A DNA stretch of 64,000 nucleotides, taken from the NCBI RefSeq assembly GCF_018977255.1, contig NW_024704742.1:62001-126000 (forward strand), given 5' to 3'. The notes beneath the pieces are model-generated. The model had not been told where the DNA came from, searched no databases, and worked only from the letters and a program-made list of their open reading frames with translations. The translations under genes and the position numbers were made by a program. Position 1 is the stretch's first letter. Each line of letters opens with the position of its first letter. This stretch comes from Callorhinchus milii (lineage: Eukaryota). Shown piece by piece: positions 49,811-62,192 of the stretch.

Positions 49811-50858
49811 TCTTACTCTGTGATTCGGTGCGGACTAAATATCCAAATGGCCTCCTCCTGTGCTGTAAATTTCTATGTTTCTCTGAATAGGAAATTCACA
49901 TAAAGACTTTTAGCAATGTATCTTAACTTCATATTTTGGTTGTTTAATGTTAATATTCTTGTAATAAAGTTGCCTCTGACATTCAAATGATTTCATAATT
50001 ACAGTATTACAATAATCATTATATTAGATACAGTACCTTTCATGTCAAGAAAGACCTCCCTTCCTGTCACTTCGTAGGATTCACTTTAAAGTGTAGGGAC
50101 TAAATCTTGTTGGTAAACATAGCAGCCAATTTGTGCAGAGCAATATTCCATTAAACAGCCATGAAGTGAATGACCAATTTTATCTGTCGGATTGTTGGCC
50201 AGAAAATGGAAGAAAATCGTTTTTTCAAATAGTGCCATGGGGTCTTTAACATCTATCTGAAGAGGCAGCAACGACCTTGGTTTTACATCTCGTTTGAAAG
50301 AGGACATCTCTAAGAATGCAGTATTAATCGACTCTGAGCCAGGCTAACCACTGGCACCATTAGTAATAATACTATAAATACAATTGTCTTCAACGTACTT
50401 TCCATGCTCTGAACTCCATTCCGGAGTCCCTCCAGCTTGCTCTCTCTCTCCCCTTCTTCAAAGCCCACCTTAAAACCTATTGACTGCACTTTCCCTCCCC
50501 TTTCCCTTTGTAGCTTGTCCCCATCCCCAAGTTCGAGCTCCCTGAGTTATGTCCAGCATTTGGCAGGTTATTCCAGATATTAATGTCGATTCTTGTACTT
50601 ATTGTAAACCACTTTCCACTAAAAGCTCTGATTGCATAATGAAGAACACATCAATCAGGATAGGCTTAGAACTGTGGCTCAATTGTGTAAATATATGCTG
50701 TATTTGTCCTCACTGTCATTGCGCTTTCCAGAAATTACTTGTGAACCACTTGAGGTACTTGAATATGATAAGACATTATACAATGGCAAGTTTTTTTCTT
50801 TCATACAGCAGCTCATGTGGCCCAACAACAACAAACTTGTACTTATTTGGCACCCTCC

Positions 50859-51235
50859 ATAATAATAATAATCCTTGCATTTGATACAGCGCCTTATCAC
50901 GTCTTCGAGACGTCTCAAAGCACTTCACAGAATATACTGTAAAGTGAATTGACTGTATATTTGTGGGCAGTCAATTGTGCACAGCAGCGTCCCATAAACA
51001 GTCATGGATTGACAGATCAAATTATTATTTAATAAAAAAAATGTTTTTGAAGGAATGATTACCCCCAGAAAAGCGATCTGTCAATTGACTAACAATTGAG
51101 TTCCTACTTACTGCTAGGTAAATAGAGGTGTGTGGTGTAAGGAAACTTGTCTAATGTTTTGCCCTGCCTGGGAATCAAATCAGGTCCTCTCACTTATGAA
51201 GTGAGTACTCTAACCAATATGATACATGACTCCAC
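50859..51235 (-). mobile_element. Long-form SINE
   Basis: Reverse copy that includes the TTACTGCTAGGTAAA segment. Confidence 0.85.
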
Positions 51236-51835
51236 TAGTCAATGAATGTTATATGCTGATTAAAAAATAAAAATCAGCATGTGCTGGAATTCTGAAATAA
51301 AACATAAAATGATGGAAACACACAACATGTCAATCAGCATCTGAAAACCAATAGGTTATAATTGAGCCCTTTGCCTCCCCTTCTAGAATCCTATTCCTGC
51401 TGCATCAATTATCATAATTAACTAAGATATTTCTATATCTCAGACTAAATGTTACTCCTGAGTCATTACATTATTTCAGGCTGTTCATGGGAACATTGTG
51501 CTTGTCAAAATTGAATGCCACATTCACCCACAAATATATAGTCATTCCACTTTACTGTATATTTCTGAATATTTTAATACTGCTGTTATTTCAGTTCTAA
51601 GAAGTACCGAAGCAACAGGATCGTAACAGCAATACCATGCTTACTTTTGATGTTTTCCATTTGCTTTATTATAATTTAACCATGTACTGGCTCAACAAAC
51701 AGTCACCATTCAGCCATGAAACACAAATCTTCCTTCGGAGAATCACAGAATATTACAAAACAACATATGCATGAAAAGTAATTACTGCCAGCTCATTTAA
51801 TTAGTTGAACGCTAGATCAAAAACACACGGTGGGC

Positions 51836-52095
51836 AATAATAATAATAATAATCATCCCTGCAGTTGATATAGTGCTTTTCACGTCGGGAGGACGTCTCA
51901 AAGCGTTTCACAGAATATGCTGTAAAGTGAATTGACTGTACATTTGTGGGCGAACGCGGCAGCCAATTGTGCACAGCAGTGTCCCACAAACAGTCGTGGA
52001 TTGAAAATGACCAATTTATTATTGTTTTGTTTTTTTGAGGGATTATTATTAGGCGTGTGGAATAAGGAAACTTGCCCAAAGTTTCGCTCTGCCTA
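51836..52095 (-). mobile_element. 5'-truncated young SINE
   Basis: Body and tail are present; most of the tRNA head is missing. Confidence 0.85.
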
Positions 52096-52606
52096 GAAGT
52101 ATTCTCTGCTTTATGATTTTCCTGATTTCAGTACGATTTGGTTGCGTATCTCATATGATTTATTTAAGATTTTTAAAATCTTAAACAATAAATATTAAAG
52201 TCATATGCAAAAGAAAATCTTTCACTTGTCCAACAATTATTTTTTCATCAACAGCTTCCCAATCTAGTTGACTCATTATAATGATGCCATGTGGCATGAT
52301 GCAACCTGGCTCAGAAGGTTGTGGGTTCTACTACTATTGGCACTATACAGATTGACTAATTTGCAAACAAAACACGCACTCACGCACCATCTCAATAACA
52401 ATGTGGACAAACATGTGGGAAGATTGATACTTAGCTCATATTCCTAACAATCATGTGTTTTAGATCACTGTGTTCTTGGAAATGTGCTAAATTTTCCTCT
52501 CTTGAGCCAAGGAAATTTACTATAAATACTGAGCAGTCACCAGAACAGAGGCCAGTAAGCACACAGTACCAGAAAGAAGGAAAACAAATTGCACAAGTGA
52601 AGCACA

Positions 52607-55600
52607 ATGAACATCAAAGTCACCGTCAATGTCCTTGCTCTTGTTTTACTTTGTGTAACTTCCACACAAGGTATGAAATTAACTGAATCTTTTGTATTTG
52701 TAAAATGATTATGGTGACTAATTACAGATTTATACAGTTAGAGTTAAGAATGGAGAGTGGAGTTAGATTTAAGTAATTATGTAATAATAGTAAGAATTTT
52801 TGTTGTAATGTCTTTCATATTGGGAGGATGTCCCAAAGTGCTTCACAGGATAAAGCGCAGAGACTGTGTATTTTATAAACAGCAGCCAATTTAAGCACAA
52901 TAATGTCTCACAAACAGCCATGAAGTGATTGTGTATTTTAACTTGGAGGATTATTGTCCAAGACACTTGGAGAAACTCCCTTATCTTTTCAAATAGTGAC
53001 TGTTTGTGGGACACTGCTGTGCGAATATGGCCCACAAATTATGCAGTCAATTCACTTTACATTTTGTTCTGTGAAGCGCTTTGAGATGTCTCGAAGATGT
53101 GATATCAAATGCAAGGATTATTATTATTATGGGAACTTTAACTTCTACCTTGATAAACAAATGGGACCAAAGGATGAACCTCTAATAATGCAGCATACCT
53201 CGAAGGCTCTATTGACTAATTTGACTAAGTCAGCCTGGACTATGAGTTCAAATCCCGATGTGAAGCTTGTACCCACAAGTTTCTGACTCAGAGCCGAGAA
53301 TGTTACCAGTTGAGGCGGGCTGACACAAAACAAGAGTTAATGTCAACAATCGTGTTTACTCCTGTTATGCACATTTAACTTTTAGTGAACTTTTTATCAA
53401 TTAAGATCAGGAATGTTAATGCTGGGAAACATTTGCCAGTCTTACAGCTCCAGTGTCAGCAACAAACATGCACAGATAAGGCACTGCAAAGCTATTCCAG
53501 AATTAAAGGCAGTTTTGCACAGTGGACACATACTGGAAGGGTAAGGAATTGATGAATTGATGTCGGGTTGAGAGAGTTTTGGTGAGTGCTGAAAGTGCTC
53601 AGATGAGTGTTTTACTTTACTCTGGGAGCCAGCATTAATACAGATGGAAAAATGAGCATAATGTTAATTTTGGAAGCACTTCTTGCTTGATTTTAATTAT
53701 TTCTACATATATAGGGAGAAGACTAAGACAGGTGGGGGGAAGCAGGATATGGGCTGATCAGATGGCACAGTGTACAGTATTTGTGCATTCATGTATAGTT
53801 CTGCGAAGGCAACGATTAAGGTGAAATCTCCCAGGTCCTTGAGTTCCTGATTTCCTGTTGGAGATGGGGAATTAGATTGGATCAGGCAATGAACTGAATT
53901 CATATGCAATTTAGCAGTGTGTGTGAGATTAGACAGAAATGCAGGGAGATCAGGTGAAATCCTCCGTTTCATATCTGAGGATGACTGTGTACTGATGAAT
54001 ACAACAGATAATCAATATGGAAAAAACATAAGAACAGATTCATGCTATATCAATAGATGCAAATGTTACAACCATTTTCTTGAAAAAAATGTAATCAATA
54101 AAAATAATTGTGATTATGTATGTTTCTCTTAGTGTTGCTGCTTATTCGAATCTTCTCAAAGGGCAGTGGTTATTTTGAACAGTAAATTACAGAACTACTT
54201 TTTAAAATTGATTTGGCACTTTATGTAGAATATTGGAGGAGAGAAGTGACTGGCTTGAAACATGAAACAGAGTAAAGTCTTGTCTGACTGGTTGAGTGAT
54301 ACTGGATCAGTGCTTGCAGGACAACTGATCATACCATTGCAATATAATACAATTTTCATTCATATAGTGCCTTTTCACATTGGTAGGAGATCTCAAAGTG
54401 TTTCAAATACCAGTGAGATAAATTGACAATTTCAATCCCATGATATTAAAAAAATGTGAAAAACATAAATAGTATTTTACTCTTCAGTCTTAAAAGTAGA
54501 TGTCTCAGAGAGGATCTTATTGAAATAGACAAGATTTTGAATGAGATTGAGAAGGTAAACTCTAAACAATACTTTCAGTTGTAACAGGACAACAGAACAA
54601 GAGGACACAGATTTAGGGTTGCAAAGGGCAATTTCAGGACAGACACCACAAGACATTTCCTTACCCAGAAGGCAACAAACGATGGGAACGTAATCAGAAA
54701 TGATGGTTGAGACAGGACATTGACTCAATTAAGAAACAACTTGATGCTGGAATCGGAAGATGGTATTCTAGAAGAGATCAAATGGGTCAAAAGCCCTTCT
54801 TCATATGAACCTCTCTTGTTAACTTCTGCAACAAGTATTTAGTGTTTAGAGATAATTATCTTGTGAATGAAAGAGGAGTTCCGGCAGGGGAGTTCCGTTC
54901 AATCAATGGATAATTATCCTTTAAATCATAACCAAATAACTAGAGTGTATGGAAGGTGAGAGTCAAATTAGTTGTGATAGTAGAAATCTTCCACAATTTG
55001 TTGAGATAAGACAGATTTTCTGTGTTGTTGTCGGGTTGAGAGAGTTTTGGTGAGTGCTGAGTCCCAGCTCTAAACTCCAGTAAATTTAATATTGTGAACC
55101 AATATAACTTGGTTCTGTAGCTCAGTGGTTAGAGCACTCGCCTCGCAAGCAAGAGACCTGGGTTTGATTCCCGCCAGGGCGAAACCTTGGGCCAGTTTCC
55201 TTACTGCACATGCCTGATAATAATCCCTCAAGAAAAAAACAGTAATAATTTGGTCACTCAATCCACAACTGTTTGTGGGACGCTGCTGTGCGCAATTGGC
55301 TGCCGCGTTTCGCCCACAAATATACAGTTAATTCACTTTACAGTCAATTCTGTGAAGCGCTTTGAGACGTCGAGAAGACGTGAAAAGCGCTATATCGAAT
55401 GCTAGGATTATTATTATTATGACTTCAGCCACCAAGAAAAGAAACAAATATCTTATGGTTATTGTAAAATGGAAATAAGAATTATAAATATGTCTTGCAA
55501 AAAAAATTCCTTTAAAAGTAAGATCTGTAACCTTTTCATTATACAGCTTTTCCCATGATGTACCTACGCTGTAAGTGCATCAATATCCGTTCTGGATTCG

Positions 55601-56292
55601 TCAAACCATTGAGATTATTCTAAGTAGTCCCGAATGTGCAAGTAAACAAATCATGTAAGTGTTAACAGTATCCATTATTGACTTAACTTGCTATTTGTGT
55701 GTGTATATTATTTAATTGCTAAGAAAGACTGAAAATTCAAAGTAACTCAATTGTTCTTCATTGATTCCAGTCTTACCCTTCAAAATCAGCGGGTCTGCGT
55801 CAAACCTGAGGAATGGTCGGTGAAGATTTTGTTCCAAAAATTTAAGCCTGGGTAAGTTTCCATTTCCATGCATTTGGAAAGAATGAACCTTCAGACTAAC
55901 AAAAGGCTATAGCTGCACAGGACAAATATCACCATGCACAACAATTAGCAAACCATTATGTCGAACATTGTATTTGGATTTCTTTTCTCAATATATTTCA
56001 AAATCTATTTGTGACCAAAACTATTGCACTACCTTGTACTTTAATCCTCTCCTAAATTAAAAGAGCTTTCCTCATATTGTCTACTACTGTTTCCGAACAA
56101 CTAAGAATATTGAGGTGTAAAAGAACACTTGGATGCAACTGTTGGATTAGAACAAACTCATATTTATGTTACTGTTTTGAAGGAATTAGACAGAAAATGT
56201 ATTGTCAATTCTGAAGACCTATAACTTTCTAAATTAATGTTTTCTTTTTCCACAGTTTGACCAAGATTAAACATCCCAGAAAAAAAGCATAA
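52607..56292 (+). pseudogene. Frameshifted CXCL8-like chemokine, locus E (YLR-CKC, basic C-terminal tail)
   Basis: Exon 1 52607-52670 (MNIKVTVNVLALVLLCVTSTQ). Exon 2 55547-55654 reads AFPMMYLRCKCINIRSGFVKP, then shifts frame to TAA at 55621-55623; the alternate frame reads IEIILSSPECASKQII. Exon 3 55771-55851 (LTLQNQRVCVKPEEWSVKILFQKFKPG). Exon 4 56256-56292 (LTKIKHPRKKA*). All splice sites are intact. TATAAA at 52521-52526. Confidence 0.82.
55113..55420 (+). mobile_element. SINE in locus E intron 1
   Basis: Head, body and (ATT)n tail. Confidence 0.88.
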
Positions 56293-56984
56293 TGTAATTT
56301 GAGGATTATTATTACAACAATACCTCATTGGTAGGGTAAATCTAACAACACTATGAACTCACACTTGCCTTAGTCCTGGTCAGGAGTTTCAGTTGACCAA
56401 GTATCACATAATGGCCTTTACGTTTATCCATTGTTGTATTTGTTCACTTAATAATATAACTAACTGCAAGATTGAAACTGGATATTTCTCCTTTTGAATT
56501 TGAGAATCTTCTCAATGCTAATTTGACAATGGATAACATTATAACATACCAATAGTCTGGGCCAATAGAAAAATGCAAGAATATTTGCCAAAATTGCAGG
56601 GAAACTTTTGCAGGCAAATTTTGTGGGAATATTTCACAATTTTTGCAGGAAATTGCGTTGATTGGTGCTATTGAGGTACATTTTACTACCAACCTACATT
56701 TTTTCACTTTATTGATAACAACAACAACAAGATTACATTTGTATAGCGCTTTTCACGTCAAAAACTAAACATGAGGATAAACATATATTGCAAAAAGGTA
56801 TATATTTGCTAATTTCTTCTTTAACAAAAACTTAGTGGCCCATGGGGAGTGTGGGGTGGGTGGGACAGGGACACCAACACCAGCACGGACCCAAAGGGCC
56901 TGGTGATCTGCCAGGACCAGTGAACTGATTACAGGGCCAAAGGAGCTCATCACCTCCTGCCTCTCAGGACCTAGCACCCCACTA

Positions 56985-57058
56985 ACACAGAAACAGAGAG
57001 AGACACACACACACACAGACACATACACACTCAGACACGCGCACACTCAGAAACACAA
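56985..57058. repeat. Imperfect (CA)/(GA) microsatellite
   Basis: ACAGAGAGAGACACACACACACAGACACATACACAC... Confidence 0.8.
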
Positions 57059-57454
57059 AGAAAGATGACCAAAAGCACGGTCAAAGAGGTACATTTTGAA
57101 AATTGAAAGAGGGAAGGGGAGCGAGAAAGTTGCAATGGGGGTCAGGTTGGGCGTTGGGACTTGAAGCAAAGGGAGCAACTAGGTCGATAGGGGTGAAGGA
57201 AGCCTCTAAGGTATGGATGGGGCAAGACTATGGAGGGATTTAAAGGTGAGACACAGTTTATTTTGCTAAGTCACAAATATCCAATAAAATGATATTACTT
57301 TAGCACACTGACGGAATGTCTCAAAGCCTTTCACAGCCTTTTTTACTGTAGAGTGTATAAACATTTATTTTGCTGCTGAACTATTTGGACTGTTCCAACA
57401 TTTTACATCTAGTCAAAGAACATTCTGATCATAGGCCGGTTCCAAACTGAATGA

Positions 57455-58300
57455 AATCATAGAATCATATCATAGAATCATAGAATCGTACAGAACAGGC
57501 CCATCGCGTCTGCGCTGGCTCCTAAAAGAGCAATCTAACTCAATCCTACTGGCCCGCTTCACCCAACAGCTCGCTGGGTGAAATATTTTTTCCTAACCTC
57601 CCCTCTGTCTCTTTTAACAATGATCTTAAATCGGTGTCCTCGGGTTACTGACCCACATGCCAGTGGAAACAGTTTTTCCCGGTTCAACGTATCAAATCCT
57701 CTCATGATCTTGAAAACTTCTATTAAATCCCCTCTTAATCTTCTTTTCGCTAGGGAGAATAATCCTAGTTTCACTAACCTCTCCTCATAACTAAGGTCCT
57801 TCATTCCTGGTACCATCCTGGTAAACCTCCTTTGTATCCTCTCCAATGCCCCAACATCTTTCCTAAAGTGCGGTGCCCAGAACTGAACGCAGTCTCCAAC
57901 TGAGGCCTAACCAGCATTTTATAAATATTCAGCATTACCTCCTGACATGTACTCTATGCCCTATTTATAAAGCCTAGTATCCTGGATGCTTTTTTAACAG
58001 CTTTATCTACCTGTCCTGCCACCTTCAGAGATTTGCTGATGTGGACCCCCAGGTCTCTCTGTTCATTTCCCCTCTTTAAGATTGTACCATCAGCTTATAT
58101 TGTCTCTCCTCATTCTTCCTACCAAAATGCCACACTTCGCATTTCTCCACATTAAACCTCATCTGCCAAGTTTCTGCCCATTTTACCATTCTGTCTAAGT
58201 CCTCTTGGAGCCTGGTGCTATTCTCCTCACCATTAACTACTTTTCTTAGCTTAGTATCGTCTGCAAATTTGGAAATTGTGCTCTGTATACCTAAATAATG
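57455..58300 (-). mobile_element. CR1 LINE 3' fragment
   Basis: Reads SKFADDTKL...QEDLDRMVKWAETWQMRFNVEKC and ERIQRRFTRMVPGMKDLSYEERL; (ATTCTATG)n tail. Confidence 0.92.
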
Positions 58301-59454
58301 CAACTTTCCTGTAATGCAAATGCTACTCCACCTCCTGGCTGAAAACTTAATAGCTTTTTGTAAATGACTTGAATTAAGAAGTTTCTGGATATCTAAACTA
58401 GTGAGACAAGATGACTCAGCTAAGAGACATGGGTGATTGCATGTATCAGTTGTGACTCCACAACAATTTATTTAATTTAGACCCCTGTCATTCTAACACC
58501 ATGGGTAGTTTAGAAATCAGAGACAGTCACATTATGTGGCAGCTGAGCAATAATAACAATTTACACTTGTATGGCAGCTTTTATGTAGGGTGAAAGACTC
58601 AACGACTGAAAGGGAGCTTAACCTCGAAGGATTAACTCAGGACTCAGTTTTACCCGCATTTCAGAGTTTCCATTGATCTTCGTATTTTTGGCAAGCTACA
58701 GGCTAGAGAAGCACATGTCATCCTATAATTGGTAGCACTCTCACCTCTGAGTCACAATGTTGTGGATTCGTGCCCCACATCAGGACTTACAATACCTCAT
58801 ATACTCTGAGATGACACTCTAATGCAGTCCTGGGGATGCGCTGCATTGTTGGAGATGCTTTCCTTTGGATGAGACATTAAACTGACACCCTATCTGCCTG
58901 CTCAGGTGGGCCTTAAAAATCTTATGGCACTATTTGAAAACAAAAACTTAGTTGCTCCTCTCCGTCCCAAATTCAGATTGATGACTCCCAGGGTGCCAGC
59001 TTCCCCTGTACTTGTGTACAGAGTGTCGGCACTACTAGCGATACAAAGTGCTGGTGACCACAAGGAGTGCTGGCACAGTGTGCCCCATACACTGTGCAGC
59101 CGGTACTCTGTGCTGCTGACATGTACAGGGCAGAGTGATGGCACCCCTCCCTGTGCCAGAAGTACGGTCTCACCAAAGATTTATGCAGTGGCAGGGTTGC
59201 CTCACTATTTTGGCTTGCTATTCATCTTTTGATACAGCCCAACATCTGATTTGTTTTGCTCGCTGCCACAGAGCATTGTTGCATCTTATTCTAGATCCCT
59301 GACCACGTCTGGTTTAGATTTTCGATCCCATTTTAAATTTTATAGAACTTTGTAAAGTCCCTCTGAGATGCCTCAACTTGAACTCTAACTTGGGACATCC
59401 TCCCGACGTGAAAGGCGCTATGCAAATGTAATTTTGTTGTTATTGTTGTTGCAC

Positions 59455-59765
59455 GATAACATTTTTTCTCCCCAGTTTTGTTTCAACCCACCCCCCCTTT
59501 TGTTTTACGCCACTATCACCTCTTTAACCCATCAACTAATGCATTCTCTCCTTTGTCTTTTTTTTGTCTTCTTTGTCGTCCTTGTCCTACATCCTCCCCT
59601 CAACTTGTCCTTAAAAACCTCTCCCTCCCAACATGCGCCAGTTCTGACGAAGGACCCAAAACGTTGACTCACTTTCCTTTCTCCATAGATGCTGCCTGAC
59701 CTACTGAATTTTCCGAGCTCTCTCTGTTTTTGTTTCAGATTCCCAGCATCTGCAGTATTTTGTGT
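59455..59765 (+). mobile_element. Penelope-like terminal-repeat fragment with decayed hammerhead core
   Basis: Pyrimidine-rich stretch, then CTGACGAAGGACCCAAAACGTTGAC...CAGATGCTGCCTGACCT-like sequence; a related reverse fragment lies at ~51270-51345. Confidence 0.55.
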
Positions 59766-60061
59766 TCTGTTCAAATAAAAATTTAGTTCAGCCCCTGACA
59801 AACTAACATTCTTAAACTTATTACATTATGACAGCTCAGTAGATTGGAAACTGGATTTGGATGCAGAAGCATCTGTGTTTGAATCCCTGTGGATCTTGTC
59901 AGCCTTTCCTCCCTTTTTAATGGTGCTTAAAGAGAATGAAAAAAAATCCTTTCAAGTGAGAGGAAAGAGTGTCAGCTTTGGCATAAATTTTCAGCCCAAA
60001 CAAGAGATAAGAAATAGGATGCCTTCTTAAAACCCCAGTGTCCTGTAAAAGTGGTTCTGGG

Positions 60062-62192
60062 ATAATAAAAATAATAATAATAACAATAATCCTTGCATTT
60101 AATATAGTGCCTTATCACGTCTTCGAGATGTCTCAAAGCACTTCACGGAATATACTGTAAAGTGAATTGACTGTATATTTTGTAGGCAAAACGCTGCAGC
60201 CAATTGGGCACAGCAATGTCCCACAAACAGTCATAGATTGAGTGACAATTTATTTTATTAATCAAAACAATTTCTGAAGGGATTATTACTTCCAGAAAAG
60301 TGATCTGCCAATCGACTGACAACTGGGTTATTGCTTACTGCTAGGTAAACAGAGGCAATGCAAGAAAATGCTGCACTTCCTCAAGTCCAAAATCGAGAGG
60401 ATCTACTCAACTGCCACAGCCCTCCCAACTTCCACCCCCTCCCTACGCCCCAACCACATTCTGATAACTATCCATCGTTCCTTCCACACCTTTGAACCTG
60501 TCAACCCCTCCTTTGTCTTCACCACCATATCCTCCATGAAGCCCACCAGCTGCTCCCTGGACCCCATCCCCACGTCTCTCCTTAAATCCCAGCTCCTACT
60601 CCTCGCCGCCGACATCATCAATCTCTCCCTGTCAACTGGCACTGTTCCTACATCCCTCAAAACAGTCACTATCATCCCACCTTGAAGAAAACTTTGCTTG
60701 ACCATCACAGCTATCCAGCTACCGGTCCATCTCCAACCTCCCTTTTCTGTCCAAGGTCCTTGAGAGAGCCATTGCCTCCTAGCTTTGCTCTTTCCTCTCC
60801 TCCCACTCCCTCTATGAACCCCTCCAATTGGGTTTCCATGCTGCCCACAGCACGGAAATTGCTCTGGTCAAGGTCAAGCTTCCTCTGCCTCCTCGTCCTC
60901 CTTGACCTCTCTGCCACCTTTGACACCATGGACCATTCAATCCTCCTCCACCGCCTCTCCTCCCACCTCAACCTTCAAGGTTCTGTCCTTGACTGGTTTA
61001 GGTCCTACCTTTCACACCGCCTCCATTTCGTCACGGCAAACGGCTTCTCCTCCAGCCACCACACCGTCTTGTGCGGTGTACCTCAGGGCTCTGTCCTCGG
61101 GCCCCTTCTCTTCACCCTCTACATGCTCCCTCTTGGTAACATCATCCACAGACATGGGGTAAATTTCCACATGTATGCAGATGACACTCAACTCCAGGAC
61201 TACTGGTGTCCTGACCGACTGCCTGTCCAACATCAAGTCCTGGACGAGGGACAACTTTCTCCAAATGAACGTCAGCAAGACCGAGGCCCTCCTGATTGGC
61301 TCGCGCCAGCACCTCCGTACCTCGGGCGCTGGCAGCATCAGCCTCCACGGCTGCACATTCAACCTCACGAAGCCAGTCAGGAACCTGGGTATCTTGTTTG
61401 ACCCTGAACTGACCTTTCTCCCCCACATCCGCACGTTGACCAGCCCTGCCTCCCACCACCTCCACAACATTGCCAGACTCCGCCACTGCCTCACCCCTCA
61501 GGCTGCCCAAACCCTCACCCACGCATTCGTCACATCAAGGCTCGATTACGGAAACTCCCTCCTCATCGGCCTTCCCAACTCTTCCCTTCACAAGCTGCAG
61601 ATCATCCAGAACTCTGCAGCTCGTGTACTCTCGCGCACCAGGGTCCGCGACGCCATCACTCCCACCCTCGCCCGACTCCACTGCTTCCCCATCCCTCAGA
61701 GGATCGAATTCAAGACCCTGGTCCTCACCTACAAAGCCCTCCATGGCCTTGCCTCACCCTACTCTGCAACCTCCTAATCCCCTACCAACCCGCCTGTTTC
61801 CTCCGCTTAGCCGGCTCCACGTTCCCCAACCCACCCACCCCACCATTGGCGGGAGAGCCTTTAGCCATTCTGCCCCCAATCTCTGGAACTCCATCCCCCA
61901 ATTACTCTGCCTCACCCCCTCCTTAGCCTCCTTCAAGTCCTGCCATCAGCCACTCCCCTTCTCCTCTCCCCCCTTCTCCCTCCCTGACCCCAGCTCGGGT
62001 CTGAAATGCTGTACGCTGTCCAGCGCCCTGAGACGTCCTCCCAGCGCGAAAGACGCTATACAAATGTAATTTGTTGTTGTTGTTGTTGTTGTTGTAAGGA
62101 AACTTGCCTTACATTTCGCCCTGTCCTGGAATCAAACCCAGGTCCTCTCGCTTGGGAGGCGAGTGCTCTAACCAATATGCTGCAGAACTCCA
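60062..62192 (-). mobile_element. Long-form SINE split by the L2 (3' part 60062-60356, head 62094-62192)
   Basis: The two halves rejoin to match the intact copy at 63092-63476. Confidence 0.85.
60357..62093 (+). mobile_element. 5'-truncated L2 LINE with RT domain, inserted in a SINE
   Basis: Reads [13 protein letters not shown]...[17 protein letters not shown]...HMYADDTQL...SRLDYGN with frameshifts; (TTG)n tail. Confidence 0.93.

Noticed and set aside
49049..49903. 284-aa Pro/Ser-rich ORF, and similar long ORFs at 13986 and 61470
   Set aside because: Alternative frames of C-rich decayed L2 sequence.
56560..56665. Loosely palindromic stretch downstream of locus E
   Set aside because: Arms too imperfect to define terminal repeats or a target-site duplication.
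60682..61777. Reverse transcriptase ORFs with YADD
   Set aside because: 5'-truncated and frameshifted L2; not an intact or host gene.
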